Assembly (NCBI GenBank): GCA_964482515.1 | Contig: CAYZXT010000001.1 | Coordinates: forward strand, 169,373 to 233,372 | Source of the DNA: an uncultured Elusimicrobia bacterium | GTDB lineage: Bacteria; Elusimicrobiota; Elusimicrobia; FEN-1173 | Length of the DNA stretch: 64,000 bases | Direction of reading: 5' to 3' | Shown here: piece after piece, positions 1 through 7,950 of the stretch | Numbering within the stretch: position 1 is the stretch's first letter | Layout of the letters: the number at the start of each line of letters is the position of its first letter | The notes under the pieces: model-generated | What the model saw: the letters and a program-made list of their open reading frames with translations, nothing else | What the model was told of the DNA's origin: nothing | The model's database searches: none | Position numbers and translations under genes: made by a program

Positions 1-456
1 TTGTTTCTGCGCCTTCCGTTGCTCGGTTCCCTGGCGCAACGGATCGCCATGGCCCGTTTCGCCCACACCCTGGAAATCCTTCTATCGGGCGGTGTGCCGC
101 TCGTGGAGGCGCTCCAGACCGCCGCCGACGTCATGGGAAATAAAATCTTGCGCGCCCAAACACTGGAAGCCGCAGTGCGCGTCCGGCGCGGCGTTTCTTT
201 GGCTGAAAGTCTGAAGGCCTGCCCGGAGTTTTCGTCGCTGCTGCCGCAGATGGTCGCCATTGGCGAAGAGGGAAACACCGTCGAAAAGGCCCTGGGCCGC
301 GTGGCGATGATCTACGAAAGGGAATCCGACCGGGCGATGAAAACGATTCTCTCTCTGGTGGAGCCGGCGTTCATCCTCACGGTCGGCGGCGCGGTGGGGG
401 CCATCGTTGTGGCCATGCTGCTGCCGATCTTCCAGATCCCGGTGTTCGTGAGATGA
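1..456 (+). CDS. gspF: Type II secretion system platform protein GspF (PilC/GspF family), C-terminal portion; 5' end outside window
   Basis: Translation (ORF track 1..456) has the conserved GspF C-terminal region (LLSGGVPLVEAL...LPQMVAIGEEGN...EPAFILTVGGAVGAIVVAMLLPIF) and a C-terminal TM helix. It is followed by gspG with an ATGA overlap. Confidence 0.85.
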   Translation: MFLRLPLLGSLAQRIAMARFAHTLEILLSGGVPLVEALQTAADVMGNKILRAQTLEAAVRVRRGVSLAESLKACPEFSSLLPQMVAIGEEGNTVEKALGRVAMIYERESDRAMKTILSLVEPAFILTVGGAVGAIVVAMLLPIFQIPVFVR

Positions 457-923
457 AGAAAATCCGGGGGACTTTGGAGAATACACATCGCCCCGGATTG
501 GGGAACAGAGGGTTTACGTTGGTGGAAATGCTGCTCGTGGTGATCATCATTTCCACTCTGGCCGCCATGATCGTGCCGCGCTTCGCCGGGCGATCCGAGG
601 AGGCGAAAACGGCCGCCGCCGCGGCGGACGTGCGGGCCAACCTCGCCGCCGCCCTGGACCTCTACGAATTGGACAACGGCTTGTATCCCACGACGGCGCA
701 GGGGCTGGCCGCCCTTAAATCCGCTCCGACCTCCGCGCCGATGCCGAAACGATGGCGCGGCCCCTATTTGAAAAAGAACTCCCTCTCCGATCCCTGGGGA
801 AACCCCTACGTCTACCGGTCGCCGGGTTCGCACAACGCGGCGGACTACGATCTGTTTTCCACCGGGCCGGACGGCGCGGAAGGGAACGGTGACGATGTCA
901 CCAATTGGGACGAGCGTGGATAA
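453..923 (+). CDS. gspG: Type II secretion major pseudopilin GspG
   Basis: Prepilin leader then G/FTLVEMLLVVIIIS (class III signal with Glu+5). Conserved GspG core (AAAADVRANLAAALDLYELDNGLYPTTAQGLAAL...WRGPYL...DPWGNPYVY). ATG 453 overlaps gspF stop (ATGA). Confidence 0.93.
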   Translation: MKKIRGTLENTHRPGLGNRGFTLVEMLLVVIIISTLAAMIVPRFAGRSEEAKTAAAAADVRANLAAALDLYELDNGLYPTTAQGLAALKSAPTSAPMPKRWRGPYLKKNSLSDPWGNPYVYRSPGSHNAADYDLFSTGPDGAEGNGDDVTNWDERG

Positions 924-1392
924 GAAATGGCAAAGGGGTTTTACGTTGATTGAACTTGTTTTCGTGGTCATGCTTCTCGGCGTTTTCCTCGGGATGGCGG
1001 CGCCGGTCTTTCGCGGAGCCTACCGGGCTGTGGCTTTGGATGTGGCCGCGGACAGGTTGGTGGGATTGCTGGCCTACGGCCGGGAGCGGGCGGTCATGGA
1101 ACGTTCCCGGCTCCGGCTGGAAATTGATACCGCGACGGGATCTTATCGTCTTTTGCTGGAAGATCCGTCGGCGCCGGGAGATTTCCTCCCTTTGCGCGAG
1201 AGTATTGGGCGGGGGATATTGCTCCCCGCCGGTACGGTCCTGGAACCCGGCCGTCCCTATGTGGAGTTCCTTCCGGACGGGACGGTCGACGAAGGTTCCC
1301 TGACGATCAAGGGGGCGATGAACGACGTCCGGCGGATCGATTGGGATTCCCTCACCGGCAACGCGAGGGTCCATGATCCGGCGCGGGGCTGA
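916..1392 (+). CDS. gspH: Minor pseudopilin, GspH-like (prepilin N-terminal cleavage/methylation domain)
   Basis: Motif QRG/FTLIELVFVVMLLGV. Position directly after gspG. ORF track starts at ATG 889, but in-frame GTG 916 gives a canonical short leader (MDKKWQRG/FTLIE) and overlaps the gspG stop by 8 nt; start choice uncertain (889 or 916). Confidence 0.7.
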   Translation: MDKKWQRGFTLIELVFVVMLLGVFLGMAAPVFRGAYRAVALDVAADRLVGLLAYGRERAVMERSRLRLEIDTATGSYRLLLEDPSAPGDFLPLRESIGRGILLPAGTVLEPGRPYVEFLPDGTVDEGSLTIKGAMNDVRRIDWDSLTGNARVHDPARG

Positions 1393-1690
1393 GGGTTTCG
1401 TGCTGCTGGAGGTCTTGTTGTCCGCGTTGATTCTGACCGTGGGCGTGTTCGCCCTGTTCGGATCGTTCTCGTCTGCGCGGCGGATGGCGAAGGCGGAGGA
1501 GGAATGGACGCGGGCCGTTTTCCTCCTGGAAGCCGGGACTTGGGCATGGGAGAAAACCGGGAAGTGGCCGCCTACCGATGGAAACCTGCGCCACGACGAG
1601 GTTCAGGATAAATCCGCGCGGCGCGGAACCCTCTTCGTCCGCCTGTCGCCGGACCGGAACGATGAATTGTCTTTGTCGGCGTACCGATGA
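1373..1690 (+). CDS. gspI: Minor pseudopilin, GspI-like
   Basis: Leader MIRRGAEG/FVLLEVLLSALILTV (prepilin motif) in a ~105-aa protein. Size and position after gspH match GspI. Confidence 0.65.
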   Translation: MIRRGAEGFVLLEVLLSALILTVGVFALFGSFSSARRMAKAEEEWTRAVFLLEAGTWAWEKTGKWPPTDGNLRHDEVQDKSARRGTLFVRLSPDRNDELSLSAYR

Positions 1691-2265
1691 GAAAAAATGC
1701 GGAAGGCTACACGCTCGTGGAGTTGTTGATCGCCCTGGCCGTTTTTTCGGCCCTCGCCGCGTCCTTCGCCGTGGCGCTGCGGCAGGGGTTCCATTCCTGG
1801 AAGATGCAAAGGGAGGATCAGCTTCGCCGCCAGGAGGCGAGGGTTGTCTTGAACCGGCTGGCACGGGATCTGCGGAACGCCGTCCCGCTCGCGAAGGAAA
1901 GTTTCATCGGTTCGGAGCGGGAAATCATTTTCCATAGACCCGAGGAGAACGGGATCGTCCGCGTCCAGTATCGCCTGTCGGAGAATCACGGGAACACGGT
2001 CCTGGAACGCCGGCATCAGTTCCTGTCGCGGGAAGGGAACGGAACGCCGGTGCGGCGCGCCACGATTTCGTCGTCGATGAAAGTCCATTGGGAATTCGCC
2101 GCTAAATCCCCGGAAAACGGAGAGATTATTTGGCGGCGGAAGTGGACGGACGGCGATGGCTTCCCCTTGGGGATGCGCGTCCGGCTCGAGCTTCCGTCCG
2201 CGGACGGGCGTGCGCCGCCGGTCGTTTATCAGCGGATTTTGGATTTCCCCTTGGGAGGGACATGA
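1687..2265 (+). CDS. gspJ: Minor pseudopilin, GspJ-like
   Basis: Leader MRKNAEG/YTLVELLIALAVFSAL (prepilin motif). ~190 aa. ATGA overlap with gspI stop. Confidence 0.65.
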   Translation: MRKNAEGYTLVELLIALAVFSALAASFAVALRQGFHSWKMQREDQLRRQEARVVLNRLARDLRNAVPLAKESFIGSEREIIFHRPEENGIVRVQYRLSENHGNTVLERRHQFLSREGNGTPVRRATISSSMKVHWEFAAKSPENGEIIWRRKWTDGDGFPLGMRVRLELPSADGRAPPVVYQRILDFPLGGT

Positions 2266-2266
2266 C

Positions 2267-3130
2267 ATGGCGCGGCGCCGGAACGAAACCGGATCGCTCC
2301 TCATCATCGCTCTATGGGCGCTGCTCGTTGTGGGACTGCTGGCCCTGGGCGTTTCCCACGGCGCGCGGTTCGCGCTGCGGCTGACGGAATATCAGCGGGA
2401 CGAGATACGCCTGACCCAGGGCGCCAAGGCGGCCGCGGCTTTTTGCGCGGGAGTCGTGAGCGAGGAGGGTCCGCCGGTGACGGCCTTGAACCAGCCCTGG
2501 CGGGCGGACTTCAGCCGCGGCGGAGACCATCCCATTCCCGGCGGCTCGTTCACCGTCCACGGTTTCGGGTTAGTCGATGAAGAAGGGAAAGTCAATCTGA
2601 ACGAAGCGTCCGCCGGGGAGTTGAATCGGATTTTCGAAAACGAGCCGCGCTGCGTCGTTTCCGTCCAACAGCAGCGGCTGTTCAGCGTGTCGGAACTTCG
2701 GGCTCTTCCGGGCATGACCGTGGAAGCCTACGAGCGGATCAAGGACGCCGTGACGGTACACGGTTCCGGGCGGATCAATATCAATACCGCGGGCGCGAAG
2801 ACCTTGGAGTTCCTGGGGATGAAAAAACCCCTCATCGGCAAAATCATGAATTTTCGCGGCGGGCCGGACGGAATCAACGGGACGGCGGACGACGGTGTCT
2901 TTCGAAACCTCGCGGGCATGGCGGGCGAACTGGGGGCGCGCGTGGTTCTGACAGACGAGGAAAGGGCCGTGCTTGCGGAGCTTCTAAGTCGCGGCCGGTT
3001 AACGGTGAGGTCACGGGTTTTCGCCGGAGATTTCATCGTCCGCCTCAGCGACAGCCGCGCTATCCGGCGCTGCCGCGTGGTCTTCGACGCCGAGAGCGGC
3101 AAAATCCTTTCCTGGCGGGAGGAGCCGTGA
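2267..3130 (+). CDS. gspK: Type II secretion minor pseudopilin GspK-like
   Basis: In-frame ATG 2267 one nt after the gspJ stop. N-terminus GSLLIIALWALLVVGLLALGVSHGARFALRLTEYQRDE is typical of GspK. Helix-hairpin-helix-like region (SELRALPGMTVEAYERI). The longer ORF-track start 2156 overlaps gspJ and was not used. Confidence 0.75.
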   Translation: MARRRNETGSLLIIALWALLVVGLLALGVSHGARFALRLTEYQRDEIRLTQGAKAAAAFCAGVVSEEGPPVTALNQPWRADFSRGGDHPIPGGSFTVHGFGLVDEEGKVNLNEASAGELNRIFENEPRCVVSVQQQRLFSVSELRALPGMTVEAYERIKDAVTVHGSGRININTAGAKTLEFLGMKKPLIGKIMNFRGGPDGINGTADDGVFRNLAGMAGELGARVVLTDEERAVLAELLSRGRLTVRSRVFAGDFIVRLSDSRAIRRCRVVFDAESGKILSWREEP

Positions 3131-4542
3131 ACCATCGCGCCACCGGAATATTTTGGAACAGGCGGGGCGTGGCCGTGGCGGAGGTCGATAATTCTTCCTT
3201 TGCTCCGGTCGTGGCCAGGTGGGCTTGGGCCCCTTTCGAGACCGAATCGCTTGAGGGCCGGGCGCGGACGATCCATCAATTGTTCGTGGAATACAACTTC
3301 TCGCAAAAGACGGTCGTGGCCGCGCTGGCGCAAAAGGCCGCGCTCTTGAAAATCGTGACCCTTCCGGCGGCGTCGCCGGCGGACACCGCCTCCATGGCCG
3401 ACATTCAGGCGTGGAAACTGTTGCCTCTTTTGGCGGAGGAGCCGGAGTCCGGGTATGAGATTTTGGAGGAGAAGAGGACGGAGCGCCTCGTGGCTTTGAC
3501 CATCGCGCGGCGGGGAGAGACCGAGGATATCCTTTCGACGCTTTCCGCCGCGGGAGTCCGTCCGGAGAGCGTTGTTCCGGAGTTTTACGCGCTCCTGTTC
3601 GCTTCTTGCGGGAGAGCGCCGGCGGGCGACCTGGCCCTCATCCATACGGATGCGGAGCGGATGATCTTCGTTTGTTCGCGTCGGGAAAAAGTTTCCTTCG
3701 CCCGCGCCGTGGATTTCAATGGCGACGGGGATTCGCGCTATGACGATGAACGCATCCTGGCGGAGTGGCGCAAATGCGCTGGCGCGTTCGAGGGGCCGTA
3801 CGGCCCGGTGCGGATTGTTTTGGCGGGCGATGCCGCGGCTTTGCCTTACCTGAAGGAGCGGTTCCACAAGGAAACGGGTCTCCAGGTAGAATCTTCGGAC
3901 CCCTTTTCCATCGTCTCCCGCCTGGCGGGCGCGCCGGAAAACCTGGAGGGGCAAACCTGCGCGCTGGTCGCCCTCGGGGCGGCGATGTCCGCCGGGACAA
4001 CGCGCTTGAATTTCCTTCCCAGGGCGGAGAAGCAACGTCGCGCGAAAATCCTTCGCCTCCGGGAATGGGCGGGCGTGGCCGCGGCGGCTGTCTTTCTTTT
4101 CGCGTCTCTCGGCGTGGTTGCTTTCCAAAAGTCGCGTGAAATGAAACGGCGGCTGCAGATTATGGAAATGCGTCTCACTGTGCTGCGGCCGGAGGCGGTG
4201 GAGGCGGAGAAGATGCTGAAGGAAATCGCCCTCGCGCGGGCACGGCGGGATACCCGGGGAGCCGCGCTGGGCGTCCTGTCGGAGGTGAGCAAGACCATGT
4301 CCGCGGACGTCGCTTTGTCCGCGTTGGATTATGAGAAGGGAGAACGTGTGTCGATCCGGGCCGCGGCGCGGAACCTGTCCGCGGCGGCGTCCTGGGTCCG
4401 GCGCATCGCCCAGTCCGGAACCTTCCGAAGCGTGGAGCTGCGTTCCTCGTCGGTCCGCGAGGGCGCCGCAGGGGCCGTTGTGGACTTTCAGGCGGTGGGG
4501 ATCCTGACGCCGGGCGAAATGAATGAACTTACCCAGGGTTGA
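3127..4542 (+). CDS. gspL: GspL-like assembly protein (cytoplasmic PilM/actin-like domain, single TM, periplasmic PilN-like domain)
   Basis: GTG 3127 overlaps gspK stop (GTGA). Internal TM (WAGVAAAAVFLFASLGVVAF) follows a ~300-aa cytoplasmic domain and precedes a coiled-coil periplasmic part. Position in the F-G-H-I-J-K-L-M order. Confidence 0.55.
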   Translation: MNHRATGIFWNRRGVAVAEVDNSSFAPVVARWAWAPFETESLEGRARTIHQLFVEYNFSQKTVVAALAQKAALLKIVTLPAASPADTASMADIQAWKLLPLLAEEPESGYEILEEKRTERLVALTIARRGETEDILSTLSAAGVRPESVVPEFYALLFASCGRAPAGDLALIHTDAERMIFVCSRREKVSFARAVDFNGDGDSRYDDERILAEWRKCAGAFEGPYGPVRIVLAGDAAALPYLKERFHKETGLQVESSDPFSIVSRLAGAPENLEGQTCALVALGAAMSAGTTRLNFLPRAEKQRRAKILRLREWAGVAAAAVFLFASLGVVAFQKSREMKRRLQIMEMRLTVLRPEAVEAEKMLKEIALARARRDTRGAALGVLSEVSKTMSADVALSALDYEKGERVSIRAAARNLSAAASWVRRIAQSGTFRSVELRSSSVREGAAGAVVDFQAVGILTPGEMNELTQG

Positions 4543-5050
4543 TTTCTCCCGGCGGGAAAAAGTCGCGGCGGTTTCGGCGGCAACGGTCGTCTGCGTTTAT
4601 CTGCTTTGCCGGACGATGTTGTTTCCCGCGTGGGCGAGCTGGTGGATGTTGTCCGACGAGCTCTCCCTGCGCGAAGCAGAATTACGCAAAGCGCTCGCGC
4701 TGGCTCAATGGCGGGAGGATTTGATCGCGCAATGGAGGAGCATCGCCGGAAAGGAGACGTACTCCGCGCGCGGCGACCAAAACGCCATGGACCTGGTGCG
4801 GGACGCCGAATCCTGGGCCAAACGTTCGGGTGTGAAAATCATCGATCTGCGCCCGGTACGAGCCGAAGCTGCGGACAATCTTCATTCGACGGTCGGCGTC
4901 CATCTTTCGATCGAAGGAAGCTGGCCGTCCCTGGTACGCTTCCTGGAACGGGCGCAAAATGCCGGGCTGTCCGTGGAGTCGCTCCACATCCAACGTCCGC
5001 CCGACGGCGGACCAACGCTGTACGCGATGCTGTCCGTCGAAAAGATTTAA
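4523..5050 (+). CDS. gspM: GspM/PilO-like bitopic inner-membrane assembly protein
   Basis: N-terminal TM (AAVSAATVVCVYLLC), coiled coil, C-terminal alpha/beta domain. Last gene of the cluster before the terminator. Assignment is by position and architecture. Confidence 0.45.
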   Translation: MNLPRVDFSRREKVAAVSAATVVCVYLLCRTMLFPAWASWWMLSDELSLREAELRKALALAQWREDLIAQWRSIAGKETYSARGDQNAMDLVRDAESWAKRSGVKIIDLRPVRAEAADNLHSTVGVHLSIEGSWPSLVRFLERAQNAGLSVESLHIQRPPDGGPTLYAMLSVEKI

Positions 5051-5061
5051 TCGGCATCCAT

Positions 5062-5107
5062 AAAACAAAAAACCCTTCCCCGGTGAGGAGGAAGGGTTTC
5101 TGTTTTT
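5062..5107. terminator. Bidirectional Rho-independent terminator between convergent gspM(+) and rplI(-)
   Basis: A-tract aaaacaaaaa, a 9-bp GC stem (aacccttcc / ggaagggtt) with a 10-nt loop, then tctgttttt. A T-tract is present on both strands. Confidence 0.75.
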
Positions 5108-5109
5108 AA

Positions 5110-5138
5110 TCTGGATTCCGGCTTTCGCCGGAATGACG
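5110..5138. repeat. REP-like palindromic intergenic element (copy 1), tctggattccggctttcgccggaatgacg
   Basis: The 29-nt sequence is identical to 16664..16692. Contains inverted repeat ttccggc/gccggaa around loop tttc. Confidence 0.7.
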
Positions 5139-5142
5139 ACAT

Positions 5143-5598
5143 CTAGCCTTGGCGGGCGTTGACCTGGATCTTGAAGACCGCACGGACTTGCGGGTGCAGC
5201 CGCACGGCGCCGGTGAATTCGCCCGTGGCGCGGATGGGTTGGAACTCCACCCAGCGGCGGTCGATGGGGAACCCCTTTTCGCCCAGCACGTGGGCCACGT
5301 CGGCGGTGGTGACGGAGCCGAACAGCTTTCCGTCTTCGCCGGCGCGGGCCTGCAGGGTGACCACGATCTCCTGGATCTTCTTCGCCTCGGCCTGGGCCTC
5401 GGCGAGCTTCTTCTCGTTGTCGGCGGCGAGCTTTTTCTTCTGCTCTTCCACCTTTTCCAGTCCCCGTTTCGAGGCGATGGAGGCGAGCTTGCGCGGGAGC
5501 AGGTAGTTGCGCGCGTAACCGTTGGCCACGTCCATGACGTCGCCGGTCACGCCCAGGTTCGGAATGTCTTTTTGAAGGATGATTTTGGTTTTATGCAT
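5143..5598 (-). CDS. rplI: 50S ribosomal protein L9
   Basis: MHKTKIILQKDIPNLGVTGDVMDVANGYARNYLLPRKLA... is canonical L9. Start taken at internal Met (ATG at 5598), giving a normal-length L9; the ORF-track N-terminal extension to 5688 overlaps rpsR and was not used. Confidence 0.9.
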   Translation of the reverse strand: MHKTKIILQKDIPNLGVTGDVMDVANGYARNYLLPRKLASIASKRGLEKVEEQKKKLAADNEKKLAEAQAEAKKIQEIVVTLQARAGEDGKLFGSVTTADVAHVLGEKGFPIDRRWVEFQPIRATGEFTGAVRLHPQVRAVFKIQVNARQG

Positions 5599-5606
5599 GG
5601 TTGGCC

Positions 5607-6062
5607 TCAGGCGTCCGTGAAGGGTAAAAGCGCCAGGTTCTGCGCCCGCTTGATGGCGGACGTCATTTGACGCTGGTGCCGGGCGCAATTGCCCGTGGTC
5701 CGGCCGGCGAGGAGCTTCCCGCGGGCGGTCATGAAGTTGCGGAGGATGTGGATGGCTTTATAATCCACTTCGAAGACTTTCTCGGCGCAGAACTGGCAGA
5801 CCTTGCGCCGGGGGGGACCCATGCGCCGGCCGCCGCGTCCGCCGCCGGGGCCTGAAGAGGGACGTCCGGCTCCGCCGGGGCCCGAACGGTGCGGTCCGCC
5901 GGGGCGGTAGCCGCCCTGGCCTTGGCCGCCGGGGCGATAGCCGCCCTGTCCCTGGGGACGGGGCGTGTAGGTCGAAGGCGTCGATGCCGGGGCCGCAGGA
6001 GCGGCTGTTGGCTGCGCCGGGGTTTCCGGATTTGAAGGGGTTGTGGGTGTCGTCATGTTCAT
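5607..6062 (-). CDS. rpsR: 30S ribosomal protein S18 with ~80-aa N-terminal low-complexity (Pro/Thr/Ala then [10 protein letters not shown] repeats) extension
   Basis: C-terminal 71 aa ([71 protein letters not shown]) aligns end-to-end with canonical S18. The reading frame stays open upstream to 6062, where a strong SD (AAAGGAGA) sits a few nt before ATG 6062/6056. A canonical-length form would start at ATG 5822, which has no SD. Confidence 0.85.
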   Translation of the reverse strand: MNMTTPTTPSNPETPAQPTAAPAAPASTPSTYTPRPQGQGGYRPGGQGQGGYRPGGPHRSGPGGAGRPSSGPGGGRGGRRMGPPRRKVCQFCAEKVFEVDYKAIHILRNFMTARGKLLAGRTTGNCARHQRQMTSAIKRAQNLALLPFTDA

Positions 6063-6068
6063 TCTCCT

Positions 6069-6530
6069 TTAGAAAGGGATTTCTTCGTCAGTTGCCGAGG
6101 CCGCGGGAGCGGATTCAGATGAGGCCCCCAGGACCGCCACCGGTTCGCCTTCGGCCGATTCTTCCGAGGCGGAGGATGCGTCCGCTTTTTCCAGGAACTG
6201 GACGCGCAGGGATTCGACTTCGATCCCCGACCGTTTTTGGCCTTCCTTGGTCTCCCAAGTCTTGCTCTTCAAACGGCCTTCCACGTAAACCGGGCTGCCT
6301 TTTTTCAAGCGTTCACCGCAGCGCTGGCCGGCTTCGCGCCAAACCACCACCGGGATGAAGGACGTGTCGTCCTTCCACTCGCCCGTGCCGTCCTTGTAGC
6401 GGCGGTTCACGGCCAGGTCGAAGCGGCAGACGGCCGCGCCCTTGGTGGTGAAGCGGAGTTCCGGGTCGCGGGTCAGGCGGCCCACCATGCGGACATCGTT
6501 AAGCTGGGGTAGACGTAGCGGGTTTGTCAC
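6069..6530 (-). CDS. ssb: Single-stranded DNA-binding protein
   Basis: OB-fold core (LNDVRMVGRLTRDPELRFTTKGAAVCRFDLAVNRRY...), low-complexity acidic tail ending DEEIPF. Overlaps rpsF 3' end by 32 nt if start 6530 is used (alternative Met at 6488). Confidence 0.9.
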   Translation of the reverse strand: MTNPLRLPQLNDVRMVGRLTRDPELRFTTKGAAVCRFDLAVNRRYKDGTGEWKDDTSFIPVVVWREAGQRCGERLKKGSPVYVEGRLKSKTWETKEGQKRSGIEVESLRVQFLEKADASSASEESAEGEPVAVLGASSESAPAASATDEEIPF

Positions 6531-6945
6531 CGGAAGCCTCCTTGGTTTCGGTCGCGGCGGGCGCTGTTCCTGCGGCGGCCGGTGCGGCGGTGGTCGGCGC
6601 GGACGTCACCGTGGTCGCTCCGGGGGCCAGCGGGCCTCTGCGCGGCGGAACCGGGCGGAAGACCGGGGCCTTGCAGGTCAGGTGGCGGATGATGTCGTCC
6701 GACACGCGGTAAAATTGGGTCATTTCCCCGAGGATGGTCCCGGGGCCTTCGAAGGTCATCAGGACGTAGAAGCCTTCGCGGTTGCGGTCGATGGGATAGG
6801 CCAGGCGGCGTCGTCCCCACTTGTCGACGGCCTTGAACTCTCCGCCGTTCTTGCTGATGATGCCTTTGAGTTTTTCGATGATGTCATCGAGCTTCTGGGG
6901 GGCTAATTCCACCGGGGCAATAAAGATGCTTTCGTATTTTTGCAC
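6499..6945 (-). CDS. rpsF: 30S ribosomal protein S6 with Ala/Pro/Thr-rich C-terminal tail
   Basis: MQKYESIFIAPVELAPQKLDDIIEKLKGIISKNGGEFKAVDKWGRRRLAYPI is canonical S6. GTG start at 6945 preceded by SD GAGGAGG. C-terminal ~50 aa are low complexity. Confidence 0.9.
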   Translation of the reverse strand: MQKYESIFIAPVELAPQKLDDIIEKLKGIISKNGGEFKAVDKWGRRRLAYPIDRNREGFYVLMTFEGPGTILGEMTQFYRVSDDIIRHLTCKAPVFRPVPPRRGPLAPGATTVTSAPTTAAPAAAGTAPAATETKEASGDKPATSTPA

Positions 6946-7024
6946 TCTGTTTCCTCCTCATGGGCTCCCGCCGGGCGGCGGGGTGGGCTGCGCTCGATGG
7001 AACCAGCGCAACCGAAGTGGGGGA

Positions 7025-7053
7025 ATGATAGCAAAAATGCCCGACGGCGACAA
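7025..7053 (-). promoter_or_regulatory. Candidate sigma70-type promoter for the rpsF-ssb-rpsR-rplI operon
   Basis: On the minus strand, TTGTCG-17nt-TATCAT lies about 80 nt upstream of the rpsF start. Identified by eye only. Confidence 0.25.
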
Positions 7054-7134
7054 TTGTTTATTCAGCGGAAGCCATCGTACGGCAGATCACAAACTGGTAG
7101 GATGTTTTCATAAATGAAGTGAAAGGACCCCTTT

Positions 7135-7641
7135 ATGAAAGAAATTTTTTCCACGGAATTCATCTCGCGCGTTATTCTGATCGGCGCCGGCGCCACGGCG
7201 GTCATGGACCTTTGGGCGCTTCTGTTGAAACAGTTCGGGATCAAGTCTTTGAACTTCGCGTTCCTGGGGCGCTGGATCGGCCACCTTCCCCAAGGGAAAT
7301 GGATCCACGAGAGCATCGCCCAGTCCGCCCCGGTGAAAGGCGAGCTGGTGATCGGGTGGTGCGCGCATTATTCCATCGGGATCACCTTCGCCGCGCTTCT
7401 GGTTTCCGTGTTCGGCCTGGGATGGGCGCGGTCGCCGTCCCTGCTCCCGGCGCTGCTTGTGGGGGTTTCGACGGTGGCGGCTCCCTTGTTCATCCTGCAG
7501 CCCGGCCTCGGGCTCGGGATCGCGTCTTCCAAGACCCCGACGCCCGTTTTCAACGCCCTCAAGAGCCTCGCCACGCACACGGTCTTCGGGTTCGGCCTAT
7601 ACCTCGCGGCGCTCGTAGCGGCCAAGTTTATTCCTATTTGA
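7135..7641 (+). CDS. DUF2938-family integral membrane protein
   Basis: 168 aa, 4-5 TM segments. N-terminal GAGATAVMDLWALLLKQFGI and downstream HYSIGITFAALL, LLPALLVG match the DUF2938 family signature as I recall it. RBS AAAGGA 8 nt upstream. Confidence 0.6.
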   Translation: MKEIFSTEFISRVILIGAGATAVMDLWALLLKQFGIKSLNFAFLGRWIGHLPQGKWIHESIAQSAPVKGELVIGWCAHYSIGITFAALLVSVFGLGWARSPSLLPALLVGVSTVAAPLFILQPGLGLGIASSKTPTPVFNALKSLATHTVFGFGLYLAALVAAKFIPI

Positions 7642-7721
7642 ACGCTGTTGGATTCTAGTTGGCACTTTCCAAACCCTCCGCAAAACTGTTAACATGGTGC
7701 TCTGATTTTCAGTCGTAGAAT

Positions 7722-7820
7722 CTTGCCGCACTCGCGTCAGCGCCGCGAGTACAGGCAGGCGGGGCCAGATATCTAATACTTGCCGCACTTTTCGCAGGGC
7801 GAAAAGTACAGGCAGGCGGG
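7722..7820 (+). repeat. Tandem pair of ~43-nt units (period 57 nt) in the tRNA-Thr leader, each being cttgccgcac-[hairpin]-gtacaggcaggcggg
   Basis: Unit A 7722..7764 has stem actcgcg/cgcgagt. Unit B 7779..7820 has stem acttttcg/cgaaaagt. Flanks are identical and the stems are fully different but both self-complementary. Confidence 0.6.
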
Positions 7821-7844
7821 CCCCAAGAGGGCCCGAATACCCCT

Positions 7845-7917
7845 GCCGGGGTAGCTCAGCTGGTAGAGCAGCCGCTTCGTAAGCGGCAGGTCGTCGGTTC
7901 GATCCCGATCCCCGGCT
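7845..7917 (+). tRNA. tRNA-Thr (anticodon CGU)
   Basis: 73 nt. Acceptor GCCGGGG/CCCCGGC, D-arm GCTC-AGCTGGTAG-GAGC, anticodon stem GCCGC/GCGGC with loop TTCGTAA (anticodon CGT), T-arm GTCGG-TTCGATC-CCGAT, discriminator T. CCA not encoded. Confidence 0.9.
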
Positions 7918-7950
7918 TATTTTTTCAGACGTGAAAACATTAATTGTCTC

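Noticed and set aside
312-971. 219-aa ORF on the minus strand (also 2728..4128, 466 aa; 61051..63369, 772 aa; 31497..32318; 33252..34046 and many similar)
   Set aside because: These are long antisense ORFs opposite genes with strong homology-supported frames. They are a typical artefact of about 65% GC (stop-codon-poor antisense frames). They have no recognisable domains and no RBS context.
5599-5688. Longer rplI form starting at 5688 (181 aa)
   Set aside because: The N-terminal 30 residues overlap rpsR and have no L9 homology. Canonical L9 begins MHKTKIIL at 5598.
7722-7820. Possibility that the two repeated units are a mini CRISPR array
   Set aside because: Only two units. The repeats are the conserved flanks while the variable parts are self-complementary hairpins rather than unique spacers. 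No cas genes are present.
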